Below, one piece after another: positions 1 to 16,944 of a DNA stretch of 64,000 nt. The notes under the pieces were generated by a model. It was not told the DNA's origin and searched no databases. It saw only the letters and a list, made by a program, of their open reading frames with translations. This stretch comes from the human T2T-CHM13v2.0 reference genome, Homo sapiens: assembly GCF_009914755.1 (NCBI RefSeq), contig NC_060942.1; one strand, 5' to 3'. The number at the start of each line of letters is the position of its first letter. Position 1 is the stretch's first letter. The translations under genes were made by a program, and so were the position numbers.

Positions 1-128
1 ATGTCCAGAAGTAATCGGAAAGAATATTTTGTATTTCACTTATGATGCATTAAAGCATTTAAAAATGCAACCTACACATAGGTGATATTAATCAGCTCAT
101 GCTGGTGATTAGGAAGAAGAGGCAAGAC

Positions 129-231
129 TTTTTTCTTTTTTGAGACAGAGTCTCACTCTGTTGCCCAGGCTGGAGTGCAGTGGAGTGATCATAGCTCACT
201 GTAGCCTTGACCTCTTGGGCTCAAGCAATCA
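129..231 (-). mobile_element. Alu fragment (AluJ-like 3' part)
   Basis: Poly-T followed by GAGACAGAGTCTCACTCTGTTGCCCAGGCTGGAGTGCAGTGG. Confidence 0.85.
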
Positions 232-244
232 AGATTTCGAGTGT

Positions 245-910
<666 letters not shown>

Positions 911-2006
911 CACACTAATAGGAAAATGTTGAAGGTTATATAAATGCAAGTTCTGCTTTTCTGAATAAGGCAGAATCAGGTTACCTAGAAAACCAGCGAT
1001 GTTTCAGAGTTGTGTAAAACAGCACCAGTCTTTGGGAATGTTCTTAGTGGTTTGTGGGGCTATATAAACTCACAGATTAGACCAACCAAGCCAACTGATC
1101 AACCTATCCATATTTATTAAGCACCGATTGAGTAATTATCACTATGCAAAGTAGTGTGGAAGATGCATTTTTCTTGCATGCAGGGTACCTACAATGGAGT
1201 TGGAGAATATAAATAGTAAAAATAATGTTGGAAATACTGTAAGACAGAATATAACAAAGTGCTAAATCATATCATACAGAATGTAAAGTAGTAAAGAATT
1301 TCAGACTTCTAGTCATGACCTATTCTGATGAGGCCTTCAACACATGGTCTAAGAGATGTAATAAGGCATTAATAGTCCAAATCTGAGCATATACACTTGA
1401 CTACAGCAACCATCTGGCTCTTCTGGGCCTCCTCTCAGGGGTAGAAGACAATGGCCTCATGAACACAGATATCAAGGGAAATCAGCTGCTTAAAGAAAGG
1501 TGATTAGACTTTCTCAAACCTGATCCTTGTTGTTGGAGAAGACAGGGCTCTTGTAACTCAAGTTTTCAGTATCTGCCTGGTCTTCCTTGTCTTTGTAACC
1601 AACAATGTGGCCATGGGCAACAATCAACTGCACTGGGAGAGGATGACAGCTAAAGAGTTGTGCAGAATGGGAGGAGAAGTAATGGCATTTGGAACAGCAA
1701 ATCCTCCCAGATATGAGGTGCTGAAGACCGGGGAAGAAAGAACACCGCCTCTTTTCTAGGCTCCGCCGCTTCTTTCATACCATAAATATTTAAGTACCTA
1801 CTCCTGTGCCAGACATTCTGCTAGATCATAGGGCTACAAAATAAATGAAACATGGTGCCTGCCCCGAAGGAGCTCATGGTCTAGTAAGTAGGCAGATAAA
1901 AGCACTACCAGGGAGGCCTGAATAGTATGTTATGCGAGCTCAATGGCAGGAATGGCCAACTCTGAGAAAGAGGGGAGAATCTGGGGCAGGGCCACGGAGA
2001 GCCTAC

Positions 2007-2685
2007 TGTATTAGTCAGGGTTCTCTAGAGAAACAGAAGTGTGCGTATGTGTGTGTGTGCATGTATATGTGTGTGCGTGTATATATATGTATATATATAT
2101 ACACACACGTACACTTATATATATATATACACTCTTCCGTATAAAAATGATAAATCTATCTATCTAAATCTATATATATGGATTTATTATAGGAACTGGC
2201 TCATGCAATGGAGATCAGAAAGTCCCTCAATATGCCACCTGCAAGCTGGAGAACCAGGGAAGCTAGTGTGTGATTCAGTCCAAGTCCAAATTTCTGAGAA
2301 CCAGGGGAGCCAACTGTGTAACTCTCTTCAGGACCAAAAGCCTGAGAATGGGGTGAGGGTGAGGAGCCACTGGTGTAAATCCTGGAGTCTGAAGGTTGCA
2401 GAACCAGGAGCTCTGATGTCTGAAGGTAGAAGACAATGGATGACCCAGCTCAAGAAGAGACAGCACGGTCACATTTCTTTTGCATTTCTGTTCTACCTGA
2501 GCCCTCAATGGATTGGATGGTGCCTGCTCACATGGGTGAGGGCAGATCTTCTTTACTCAGTCTACTGTTTTAAATGCTAACCTCTTCCAGAAACATCCTC
2601 ACAGGCATGCCCAGAAATAAGGCTTTACCAGCTGTCTGGGCATCCCTTAGCCCAGTCAAGCTGACACATAAAATTCACCATCATA
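2007..2685 (-). mobile_element. MLT2 (ERVL) solo LTR with internal (TG)n/(TA)n microsatellite
   Basis: TGTATTAGTCAGGGTTCTCTAGAGAAACAGAA ... CCAGTCAAGCTGACACATAAAATTCACCATCA termini. Confidence 0.85.
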
Positions 2686-3028
2686 TCTGCCAAATGAGGC
2701 AATGCCTGAAGTGAATTTGGGAGAATGGTTTGGGGTGATACAAGTGGCTAAGATGGAGAAGGGCAACCCTAGCAGAGGCATGGCCGTGTGCAAAGTCACG
2801 ATGACACATTGTGGGTTGGGGAATAGTTTGATAAAACTGGAAAATAGGATACAATGCAGGCAGGTGAAGGATATAGGGCAGAAGAAGGCTAAGGTCAACA
2901 TATGAACCCTTCTACTAAAACGACTTTATTCTAAGTGGAAGAATAAAGTCTTCCACTTTACTTAACACACACTTCTACTGTGTGTGTTAAGCACAGTAGA
3001 GATATGATCAAATTTACATTATAGAAAA

Positions 3029-3220
3029 GCACTGTTCCATAGAACTTTCAGCAATGATAAAATGTTCTATAATCTTTTCTATTGAACATGATAACCGATA
3101 ATCACATGAGGCTGCTAAGCACTTGAGATGTGGCCAGTGTGACAGAGGAACGGAATTTTTAATTTTTAAATTTAAATTTAGATATCCAGATGTGGCTCTT
3201 GGCTGCCATATTGGACAGGT
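3029..3220. mobile_element. MER3-like hAT-Charlie DNA transposon relic
   Basis: GCACTGTTCCATAGAACTTTC...GCACTTGAGATGTGGCCAGTGTGAC...CCATATTGGACAG. Confidence 0.7.
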
Positions 3221-4069
3221 TGACTCTAGAAAAATCCCTCTGGCAGCCATATGGAAAATGGATTGGATGAGGACAAGACCAGAAGAAGATAGAAGACTTG
3301 GTAACAATTCAGGTGAGAATTAATATCAAATTAAAGTAGTTGGGAAGACTAACTTGAGAACTACTTAGGAAATGCAATGGACAGAATTTGATATCTCATT
3401 TGACACGAGGAGGCAGCCCTGATCATGAGAAGAAGAGTGGTATTCAGGGGTAGGGACAAAGAAGTACGCTGAGGAGGATGAGGAGACCAAATCTAGAGGC
3501 TGCGAAAGCCGAGCAGTCGAGCTTGGATTGACATGGTAGGCTGGAGGAAGAGGTGGCAACACATACCTCTTCAGCTGGCATATCATGCTGCTCTTTCTTT
3601 AATGTGCAGGACCGATTGTAAGGAAGAGAAAATGGAGGCAGAGAAAGCAGTAGGGAAGCTATAGAGATAATTCTGGCATGGTCGATTGTGGTCTGGACTA
3701 AGGTAGTGGTAGCAGAGGGTAGATACCTGGATGAATTCAGGCTAATGGTGAACAATGCCATTTGAGCATAAAGGATTATGGAAAGAGAATAGTCAATGAG
3801 AAATCCATGTTTCTAATCTGACAGATGAAAGGAAAAGGAGAAGTGAATTAATGATTGTTAAGAACCTGCGAATTAGGCACTGTGCTGGATACTTTCACAG
3901 AAGTGTCATCTTTGGGATACTAGACAAATTGGTGATGTCATTGATGGAAATGGATTGGCCCAGAAGGGATCATAGTTAGGAAGTTCCACTGAATATATTT
4001 TCTGTATTTTATTTATTTTTTTCATTGAAACATACTCAGAGAGATGTTTTCTGTATTTTAAATTAAATT

Positions 4070-4540
4070 AAAATTTTTTTTAGAGACAGGGTTTTATTAT
4101 GTTGCCCAGGTTGGTCTCAAACTCCTGGGCTCAAGCTCAAGCGATCCTTTCAGCTTGCTCCCTGCTTCCCAGAGTGCTAGGATTATAGGTATGAGCCAGC
4201 GTGTCCAGCCCTGGTCTCTCTCTCTCTCTCTCTCTCTCTCCCTTATTTATTTATTTTTTTTTTAGACAGAGTTTTGTTCTTGCCACCCAGGCTGGAGTGC
4301 AATGGTGTGATCTCTGCTTACTGCAACTTCTCTCTCCCGGGTTCAAGCTAGTCTCCTGCCTCAGCTTCCCGAGTAGCTGGTATTACAGGTGCATGGCACC
4401 ATGCCCAGCTAATTTTTATATTTTTAGTAGAGACGGGGTTTCACCATGTTGGCCAGGCTGGTCTCAAACTCCTGACCTCAGGTGGTCCGCCTGCCTCAGC
4501 CTCCCAGAGTGCTGGGATTACAGGTGTGAGCCACCGCAGC
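4070..4540 (-). mobile_element. FLAM/Alu monomer plus adjacent AluS with (CT)n
   Basis: Two antisense Alu units; TGTCCAGCCCTG repeated at 4202 and 4541 as a probable TSD. Confidence 0.88.
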
Positions 4541-5341
4541 TGTCCAGCCCTGATGACTTTTCATTGGCTCAAAACTTAGTCATATGACCCTACTTAGATG
4601 CAGGTGGTACTGGGAAATGTAGTCTCAGAGCAGGCAGCCACCTCTCAGGAACTCTGTATTGCACCAGTCCTTGGTAGGTATACCATTGACTCTGTCCCAT
4701 TCCCATTTACTCCACCTCTTCAGGGCCACACCTGTAGCATATTCATATTTTCCAGTTGTTTTACATGCTGGGAGCAACCATGCCCTGGCTATTTAAAGAG
4801 CCACCCTCAAAATCTTCTGAAATTTACTTCTAGAAAAAACATATTGAATGAGATAAAGAAATAAATAACAAGCCCCACAGACATAATTAGGTCGTCAATA
4901 AATCGAGAGTAAAAAAGTAGAGACATAGGGAAGTTGGATCTACATTGCCTTCTTAAGAAGTGCGTGTTGAAGGAGGCACCTCCATTTGTTCTTTGAACTG
5001 CTCAGCATGATATGGGCTGTTACAGAGCATGAAATGGTGAGAGATTTCAGTTGTATGGTCTACAAAATTGTCTATTAGCCCGATATTCTAGGGCTCAAGT
5101 GCAATTAATTCAATCTGAATTCTGACAGATATTTATCAACCTGCTACTTTGTATAAGACACTTCTATGGAAATCTTAAAGGAGAAAAAGGAAAAGAAAAA
5201 ATCCCTGGGCCAGCCCCTGTCCTCAAAAAGTCTACAGCTTTTATTGTTAAATAGACCTTTGTTGAGACTATTTGTCAAATTCTTACAAAATGCATGTCTC
5301 TGAAGTGATGTATTTTGGACATAGAAACAACATGCAGTGCA

Positions 5342-5620
5342 GGCCAGGGTGTGGTGGCTGATACCTGTAATCCCAGCACTTTGGGAGGCCAAGGATGGAG
5401 GATTGCTTAAAGCCAGGAGTTCAAGATGAGCCCTGGCAACATTGCAAGACCCTGTCTCTAAAAAAAAAAAACAATTAAAATATTAGCTGGGCGTGGTGGT
5501 GCATACCTTTAGTCCCAGCTACTTGGGAGGATCGCTTGAGCCCAGGAGTTTGAGGCGGCAGTGAGCCATGATCACACTCCTGCACTGTAGCCTGGGCAAC
5601 GAGCAAGACTCTGTCTGAAA
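5342..5620 (+). mobile_element. AluJ
   Basis: GGCCAGGGTGTGGTGGCT...GGAGGATTGCTT...A-rich linker and tail. Confidence 0.9.
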
Positions 5621-5655
5621 AAAAGAAAGAAAAGAGAGAAAGAAAGAAAGAAGGA

Positions 5656-5692
<37 letters not shown>

Positions 5693-5706
5693 GGAAAGAA
5701 AGAAAG
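5618..5706 (+). repeat. (GAAA)n homopurine microsatellite derived from the Alu tail
   Basis: Direct reading: ~90 nt almost purely A/G. Confidence 0.95.
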
Positions 5707-6289
5707 GTAGTGCAGTGTGGTTGAGCACTAGGTGTTGACATATTTTTACCCTGCTGGCAGTGCTACCTCTTGTGGACTTGAATTCCTAAACTTAGGGCAA
5801 CTAAAGAGGGGAAAATGTGAAAATGAAGCAAAAAGATATTTTAAAGACTGATTTCTAATTTTCACTCAAAAATCTCTGCCAGATTTTGAGTCAGAGTTCA
5901 TGTCAAGAGAGTGAAGGCTCTATTCCTTAAATCTCCACTATGGCTGAAGCAAGATGATTTAATTACTCACTACTTTATTTTTGCTCATTTGCAAAATGAG
6001 ACTAATGGCTTTCAAACACTTACCTTGCAGGGTAGCTCTGGGCTGACAGGAAAAAAAAAGGCATTGTAAAGACAAGGTACTATTACATAGGTGTAGGCTT
6101 TCTTTTATCCTAGAACTACTGCTTGTAGTAACAGACACCTGGGGTGGGGAAAAAATTCTCCTTAAAAACAAATGTATAAAATTACTTCCTCTGCCCAGCT
6201 GTGTATTTCACAGAAAGGCCAAATGGGACTGTGTGAAACAAGAGCTGGAGAGAAAATTCATGCAGTTGGAATGTGAATTTTAAAAAAAT

Positions 6290-6435
6290 TTTTATTTAAC
6301 AGATATAAAATAAAAATAGAAATCATGTCTTGCTACGTTGGCCAGGTTGGTCTTGATCTCCTGGCCTCAAGCAATCCTCCCATTTTGGGCTCCCACAATG
6401 CTAGGATTACAGGCATGAGCCACCTCACCCAGCCT
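6290..6435 (-). mobile_element. FLAM/Alu left monomer
   Basis: GGCCTCAAGCAATCCTCCC...GGATTACAGGCATGAGCCACC. Confidence 0.8.
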
Positions 6436-7058
6436 GAAATGTGAATTCTTCATAGGGGGTTTGGCAGAGCTATCTACCAGGGAGTGCCCTAACAGGAGGT
6501 ACCATTGTCAAGGTTCTGACGAAAGCTAGAATCTGCTTGCAGTGAGCAGAAACACTTGATATAATCAGGCTGAGAATTCTACTCTGGTTTGGTTAACACT
6601 GGGGTTTCTGAGCTCAGAAGATAAACCAGACAGAGGCCATGGGCCAAGTGAGTATCCTTACTTTACAAGAAGTCCTTAGATCAGGGGACCTGGAACAGGG
6701 AGGTCCACACTTTAGAGAGGTGGAGATGTCCTATAATCCCAGGCAGGCACATAGCTGGGTTCTGGATACCATCTCATGGTAATGAGGGCTGAGCAACTGA
6801 ACAAGTCCTTAACCTTGACTGTCTTGTCTGGAAACAAAAGTGGGTGATCTTAGATTTGTGTTTCCTGATACCCAAGGGTCTAGGGGTAATTCTCAGTTTT
6901 CAAAATGATTAATAGAAACCTTGCCTTTATTTAGAGTCTGACAACATAGGCTAAAGCAAGCACACTATCTTCACTCTGAACTGGAATGATTTCAGCTCTG
7001 TGTGGTCATGGTAATTGTTTGATGTTAACCAAAAGCCTACATTTGCACAGTTAGGTAG

Positions 7059-7399
<341 letters not shown>

Positions 7400-8430
7400 T
7401 AGAAGAGTAACAAAAGATTTTTTTTTTTCTTGGATGGTAGAATTGCAGGATTCCAAAAGATGCTTTCCATCTTGGGTTTGCAATGATGGTAACAAATTGG
7501 GTGGCAGAACTTTACTCGTTGCCTAGTTTCCTCTGGTTTTCGACGTGCCTCACCAGGTGTGTGTCATTATAAGTAGAAATGCCTTTAGTCTTTTGGTTTT
7601 GTTTGTATTCTTTTGGTTGCTGTTAGTGATCCACACACTGCTATTGGCTTAGATGATGTTATTGTTTTCTCTGTTAAATGATGATGACAGGTCAATTTCT
7701 GCAACCTGATTGATTATTAAGTGAAACCAAGCCAGTAACAAGTCACAGTTTAACCATGCAATTTAAAAGAGAATAGAAATAATAAGCAGGACCCAGGGCT
7801 TCTGATCCCAGTTCATATTCCTAGGAGAACTGGAGAGGAGAGAAGGGAAGAGCTGCCATATTGGGGAGCGAGTGAAAAAGGAGGAGAAAACCTATGTTTT
7901 GATTAAGAGGAAGAATAGCCATGAGTATGTTAGGTCAATCACTCTATTAAAGGGACATTACTGCATTTGTTATGCCGTTGTAAGACACTGAGTTTATTAC
8001 CCATGCATGTCTAGGTTCTTGGCTCTAAGGACATTCTTTTTAACAACAGCATGCATGGCAAGTTCCACTTCCATCTTAAGATTTGAAGGATGTAGCTCTG
8101 CATGAATCACTTCTGAAGTATTGGGAGGTCAGCCAAACCCCAATTCACTCTTGTTAGTTTGAGTTTGTTTGCACCCAACAATGCACGTATGTCCCACCCA
8201 CCCTTCCAGGGCGAAGTAAACCTCTTGTGCTTGGGACACATCTGTAGCCTTCACACCACAGATGGGCCTCACCCAGGTGTTTTCCTTTTGTCCTCTCAGA
8301 GTCCTCCTAGAAGCATAACTGGAAATCAGATGTCTTGGGTCCAGCTGATTATTCCTGTTTTTCTTAAAATATGGGCAAGTCATTTAATTCCTTTAAGCAT
8401 TCTCTTTCTATATTAAAACATGACAGCCCC

Positions 8431-8735
8431 AGCCAGGTGCAGTGGCTCATGCCTGTAATCCCAGCATTTTAGGAGGCCAAGGCAGGTAGATCGCTTGAGT
8501 CCAAGAGTTTGAGACTGGCCTGGGTAGCATGGCAAAACCATATCTCTACCAAAAATACAAAAAAGTAGCTGGGTGTGGTGGTGCACACCTGCAGTACCAG
8601 CTACTTGGGAGGCTGAGGCCAGAGGAGCACTTGAGTAGGGGAGGTGGACGTTGCAGGGAGCTGAGATTGCACCACCGCACTCCAGCCTGGAGAGTGGAGT
8701 GAGACCCTATCTCAAAAACAACAACAATAAAAACA
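8431..8735 (+). mobile_element. AluJ with 16-bp TSD
   Basis: TSD AAAACATGACAGCCCC at 8415-8430 and 8736-8751. Confidence 0.93.
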
Positions 8736-9479
8736 AAAACATGACAGCCCCATTTTGCCTTAAAAATGTGTGTCCTTATATTTGCTGCTTTAATGTCTCA
8801 AACCACTTGCTCATAACATTCCTTCATTTAAACTTCAGAACAGCCTTCCTCCTCCCACCCACCAAAGTGTCCTCATTCTCATTACTCATCTTTATATCTC
8901 TGGCATCCAGGACTGTGGAGCGTAGTTGTTTCCTGGATGTTTGGTTTAGACATTTAATCTTCAGAGAGATGACTTTACTAGCAAATATTAACTTTAGATA
9001 TGAAGCTTTTATTTGATCATCTTTATAGCTGTTCTCGGTGGGCAAATACACTTAATGTACCTTGACATCGCAAAGTTATTTTTAAACTGCAATGACAACA
9101 TGAAGTCAATGATATCACTTACCCTCTGACTAGGGAATGCAATAAAACACATTAAAGAGAAATATTGTCATTGTACAGTGCAATAAATTTGTATATCATG
9201 CTGTTAAGTGTTGCCGTTTATAGCAAAATATGAAGCCCTGTAAGGACAAAGCCTTGATTTGAATCCAGGGATGGTTGTAGCTGCTGCCGAGGTTTCTGAT
9301 AGCATCAGAACATCTCAGCAAAAGGACTTGGCAGTGTGGAAGAGTTACTGGCCAGGGCAGAAAACAACTTTTTAAATTTAGACTTTGCTTTCACTTTTAC
9401 ATGTTAATAAAATAGTTTTGGAATCTTAGCCATTTGTTGAATGCTTTCCTTCAAATAATCTTGTCTGAGAGGACTTTAA

Positions 9480-9798
<319 letters not shown>

Positions 9799-10073
9799 CT
9801 TTCTCGCTTTTTATCAATCTTCTTTCATCAATTTAGGTAGGACCATATCACTTAGGGCAGGACTATTAGAGTCAGTGCTGGGTACTCATTCAGTTGATTT
9901 AATAGAATATTTTGAAAGTTTTTATTAGGACAAAAGCAATATAGTTTCATTCTTGGAGAAATTAAAAAATATAAGCAAGCAAAAAGAAGAAAATAAACAA
10001 ACAAACAAAAAATCCCCTCTCTCCATCCTATCTAGCCACTTGAATATCCTATTGTAAAGCTTTCAAAAATTCT

Positions 10074-10398
10074 GGCCAGGCGCAGTGGCTCATGCCTATA
10101 ATCCCAGCATTTTGGGAGGTCAAGATGGATGGATTGCTGGACCTCAGGAGTTTGAGACTGGCCTGGGCAACATGGCAAAATCCCATCTCTACAAAAAAAA
10201 AAAAAAAAAAAAATAATAATAATAATAATAAAGAAAATTATCCAGGCATGGTGGCACATGCCTGTAGTCCCAGCTACTTGGGAGGCTGAGGTGAGAGGAT
10301 CACTTGAGCACCACAGGTTGACACTGCTGTGAGCCATGATTATGCCACTGCACTCCAGCCTGGGAAACAGAGTGATACCTTGTCTCAAAAAAAAAAAA
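10074..10398 (+). mobile_element. AluJ with expanded A/(AAT)n linker
   Basis: Sense dimer with poly(A) tail. Confidence 0.9.
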
Positions 10399-10454
10399 TT
10401 ATTTGTCTGCTTTCACACACACGCATACACACACACACACACATTCATATACAG

Positions 10455-10754
<300 letters not shown>

Positions 10755-10799
10755 CATTTCTTATGTTTAGTAGATATTTCAGTTCTGCAAAAATCCATA

Positions 10800-13040
<2,241 letters not shown>

Positions 13041-13569
13041 ATTCCTCTAATTTCTTCGAGGGCCTATGTGGGTTCTGTTTTAGTAGGGTGTTCTGCATAT
13101 AAGACCAAGCATCAGTCCGGGGTCGTGGGGGGAGGGGGTCTTCTCTGTTCTGAGGCCATCATGGCAGGTGGCGTACCTCACTCAATCTCTGTTAGCTTAT
13201 TTGTAAAATTGAGCAGATTAGGCATCTAAAGGATTTCCTCTAAGGTTCCTTTCCAGGTTGGCAAATTACAACTTGCATTATTGGCTGTCTTTTAAATATG
13301 TACGTTCCACCACTCCCAGTTCCCTGGCTCAGCCTGTGGCTGCAGTGCCACAGGGATCCTAGGTGCACAGTGTTGAGGAGTTGACGACTCAACACTTGGC
13401 TGGGAAATCGAAATGTCTTTGATGTGAGTTCTGTAGGTAGTGGCAGTTTCCTCTGCTCTCAACCAAATTCGTTTACAAGCCTCCTTTACTCTTAGGTCAC
13501 AGGTGGCTTTTCTGGCTTTGACCTGAGCGGTGAGTATCCAGAGAGGAGAACGATCTAATTAATTTCTGT

Positions 13570-14660
13570 CCTGGCGCCTGGAGGGTTCGAAGATCCCAGG
13601 CTCCCGTTCCCGCCGCCTGGGTGGGAGCCCGGGAACGCCTCTCCCATTCCCCGCCCGCGAAGTTTGCAGCGCGCCTCGCGCGGGAGAGACGCCGTCTGCT
13701 GGCGCGCGGCTGAGCGCTGTCAGTTCCTGATCCGGCTGGTGCCCGCTCCAGCCGCGGCAGGTTCCAGAGCTGAGAGGCCACCCCCACGCCGCGGGCTTCC
13801 AGCGCGTGGAGCAAGGGGAGCGGCCCCGGCGCCGCCCATATCCCCGGCTGCGCTAGTCCTGGCGCTGCAGGTCCGGGAGGCGCAGGCGGAGAGCGGCGGT
13901 GCCCCCGAGCCCCTCTGCGGACGGCTCAGGCGGGAGGACCCCGCGCGGCTGGATGGCGGCGGCCGCGCGGCCTCGGGGTCGGGCACTGGGGCCAGTACTG
14001 CCGCCGACGCCGCTGCTCCTGCTGGTACTGCGGGTGCTGCCAGCCTGCGGGGCGACCGCTCGGGATCCCGGGGCCGCGGCCGGGCTCAGCCTTCACCCGA
14101 CTTACTTCAACCTGGCCGAGGCGGCGAGGATTTGGGCCACCGCCACCTGCGGGGAGAGGGGACCCGGCGAGGGGAGGCCCCAGCCCGAGCTCTACTGCAA
14201 GTTGGTCGGGGGCCCCACCGCCCCAGGCAGCGGCCACACCATCCAGGTGAGGGCCTCGGAGAGAGCCGGGGTGGGCGCGCCTTTTCCTTCCCGCGCCGGC
14301 CAGACACCCGGAGAAGGGATCGGGCCCTTTCCTCACGCGCGCTAGTGGCTCCGGGCGACTGGGAAGGGCAGCCCCCATCCCCGCGCGCGAGGGCCCACGA
14401 CCCAGGAGCGATCTCGTGGAAGCACCGCACCGGCACCACCGGCCCGAGGCGAGGAGGGGGAGCACGCGAGGTGACATGAGGCTGTGGTCAGGTTCGGGCT
14501 GGTGGAGGGGAAAGTGTGAGGCTGCGCTCTAAGAGATGCAGGCGCCTCGGCCCTTCCCGCCTCCGTCACCCACGGAGCGTCCCGCCAGGCTTGAGTCCTC
14601 GAGGGTTCAGGGGCGCCTCCTGCCCCACCTCCCGGGCCTTATTCGGAGAAGTCGGTGGCA
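13570..14660. promoter_or_regulatory. CpG island / promoter and 5' UTR of LAMA3
   Basis: Abrupt rise in GC and CpG density around exon 1, GC box CCCCGCCC near 13648, no canonical TATA. The exact TSS cannot be read from sequence. Confidence 0.9.
13953..14246 (+). CDS. LAMA3: Laminin subunit alpha-3 (alpha-3B), coding exon 1: signal peptide and start of the laminin N-terminal (LN) domain, 98 codons
   Basis: Translates to [34 protein letters not shown]...[24 protein letters not shown]...[10 protein letters not shown]...GHTIQ. It has a hydrophobic signal core and the LHPx[18 protein letters not shown] motifs of laminin alpha3/alpha5 LN domains, and ends at the donor CAG|GTGAGG (phase 0). Confidence 0.97.
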
Positions 14661-14912
14661 ATTACCTTCTGTGGTGTATTTTAAGAGAGAATTTTTAGGT
14701 TATAACAGCGGTATCACTCTAATGTTACTGAAAAGATTCACTTCACTGCACTGCCTGAAGTGCCACCATCCAGTCATTGGGGGCGAATGAGACCTTAGGC
14801 GGACAGAGATAGAAAGGCTCTCAGAGATCCGAGCCTCACCGCGAACACCCGGGGCAAACGACATTGCGGTGCATGTTAAGCAGCATCTTGCAGTGCCTGG
14901 CCCTTACTCACA

Positions 14913-15139
14913 GGTCTCAGCCAGGCAAGAGTGCAGTGGTGCGATCACGGCTCACGGCAGCCTCGAACTCCTGGGCTCAAGGGATCCTCCCGCCTCAGCC
15001 TTGGGCGTAGCTGGGACTACAGGCGTGCCCCCCCGTGCCTGGCAATTTTTTTTTTTTTTTTTTGAGACAGAGTCTCGCACTGTCGCCGGGGCTGAAATGC
15101 AATGGTGCGATCTCGGCTCACTGCAACCTCAGGCCTGGC

Positions 15140-15192
<53 letters not shown>

Positions 15193-15281
15193 TTTTTCTG
15201 TAGAGACAGAGTCTGGCTATTTTGCCCAAGCTGGTCTCAAACTCTTAGCCTCAAGCTGTCCTTCTGTCTTGACCTCCCAAA
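14913..15281 (-). mobile_element. AluJ with a short Alu 3' fragment nested in its linker, plus (ATTT)n
   Basis: TSD GCCTGGCAATT at 15037-15047 and 15133-15143. Confidence 0.85.
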
Positions 15282-15818
15282 GGGGCAGGAGAATTTGAAT
15301 CCAGTCCTGACTTCAAATCCTGGACACTAAGCCCAAATTGCCTCCTTCTTCTGCAAAGTATTGTTGAGGAACAGGAAGTGGGAAGAGGGAGCGATTTTGG
15401 AGCTTGGGTTCTAAAAGAGCAAGGTTATCATTGGGTGTCTAGATTAGTGTTTTAGAAACTCTTTTGACCATGCACTTCCATAAATGACAAGTTGTTGAAC
15501 ATCTAGTGCCATATGTGCTTATTTACTTATAAACTACATGCATGTATTATATTGATATGTGTTGTGCATATTTTAAAACATGCAAAAACAGAAATCTAAA
15601 AGACAAAATAACAATGATGAAAATATTTTTACCATATTTATATATTATCTATATTATAAAACATGCAAGAAAAGAAACTAAAAATATAAAATAACAATGA
15701 TGAAAATACTTTTAACAGTCCTCAAATAATTTTGCTTTCTCTATTTTATGATTGTGTGTTTATAAACACACAAATATGCAAATATAATTGTGTGTATAAT
15801 TATTTTTGAGAAATTTAG

Positions 15819-16382
<564 letters not shown>

Positions 16383-16453
16383 TCTTTTGCTGTCTAAGCT
16401 ACTAAATCATGGTACTATAGCTCTAGCTCTGCCCCATCCTTCGGTTAGCCTAA

Positions 16454-16857
<404 letters not shown>

Positions 16858-16944
16858 TAAACAATAGATTCAAGACTCACTGCAAATCTTTTGTTGGAAA
16901 ATATTAATGTTAGAAAATTTTGTTTCCATGAGAAAAGACTTATT

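Noticed and set aside
14247-14345. Read-through of the exon 1 ORF to a stop at 14345 (148-aa ORF)
   Set aside because: Lies past a strong GTGAG donor, so it is intronic; no evidence for a retained-intron product
13497-14790. Several long overlapping ORFs (271, 183, 110, 105 aa) around exon 1
   Set aside because: Expected stop-codon scarcity in a CpG island; Arg/Pro/Gly/Ala low-complexity with no recognisable domain. Only 13953-14246 matches a laminin protein
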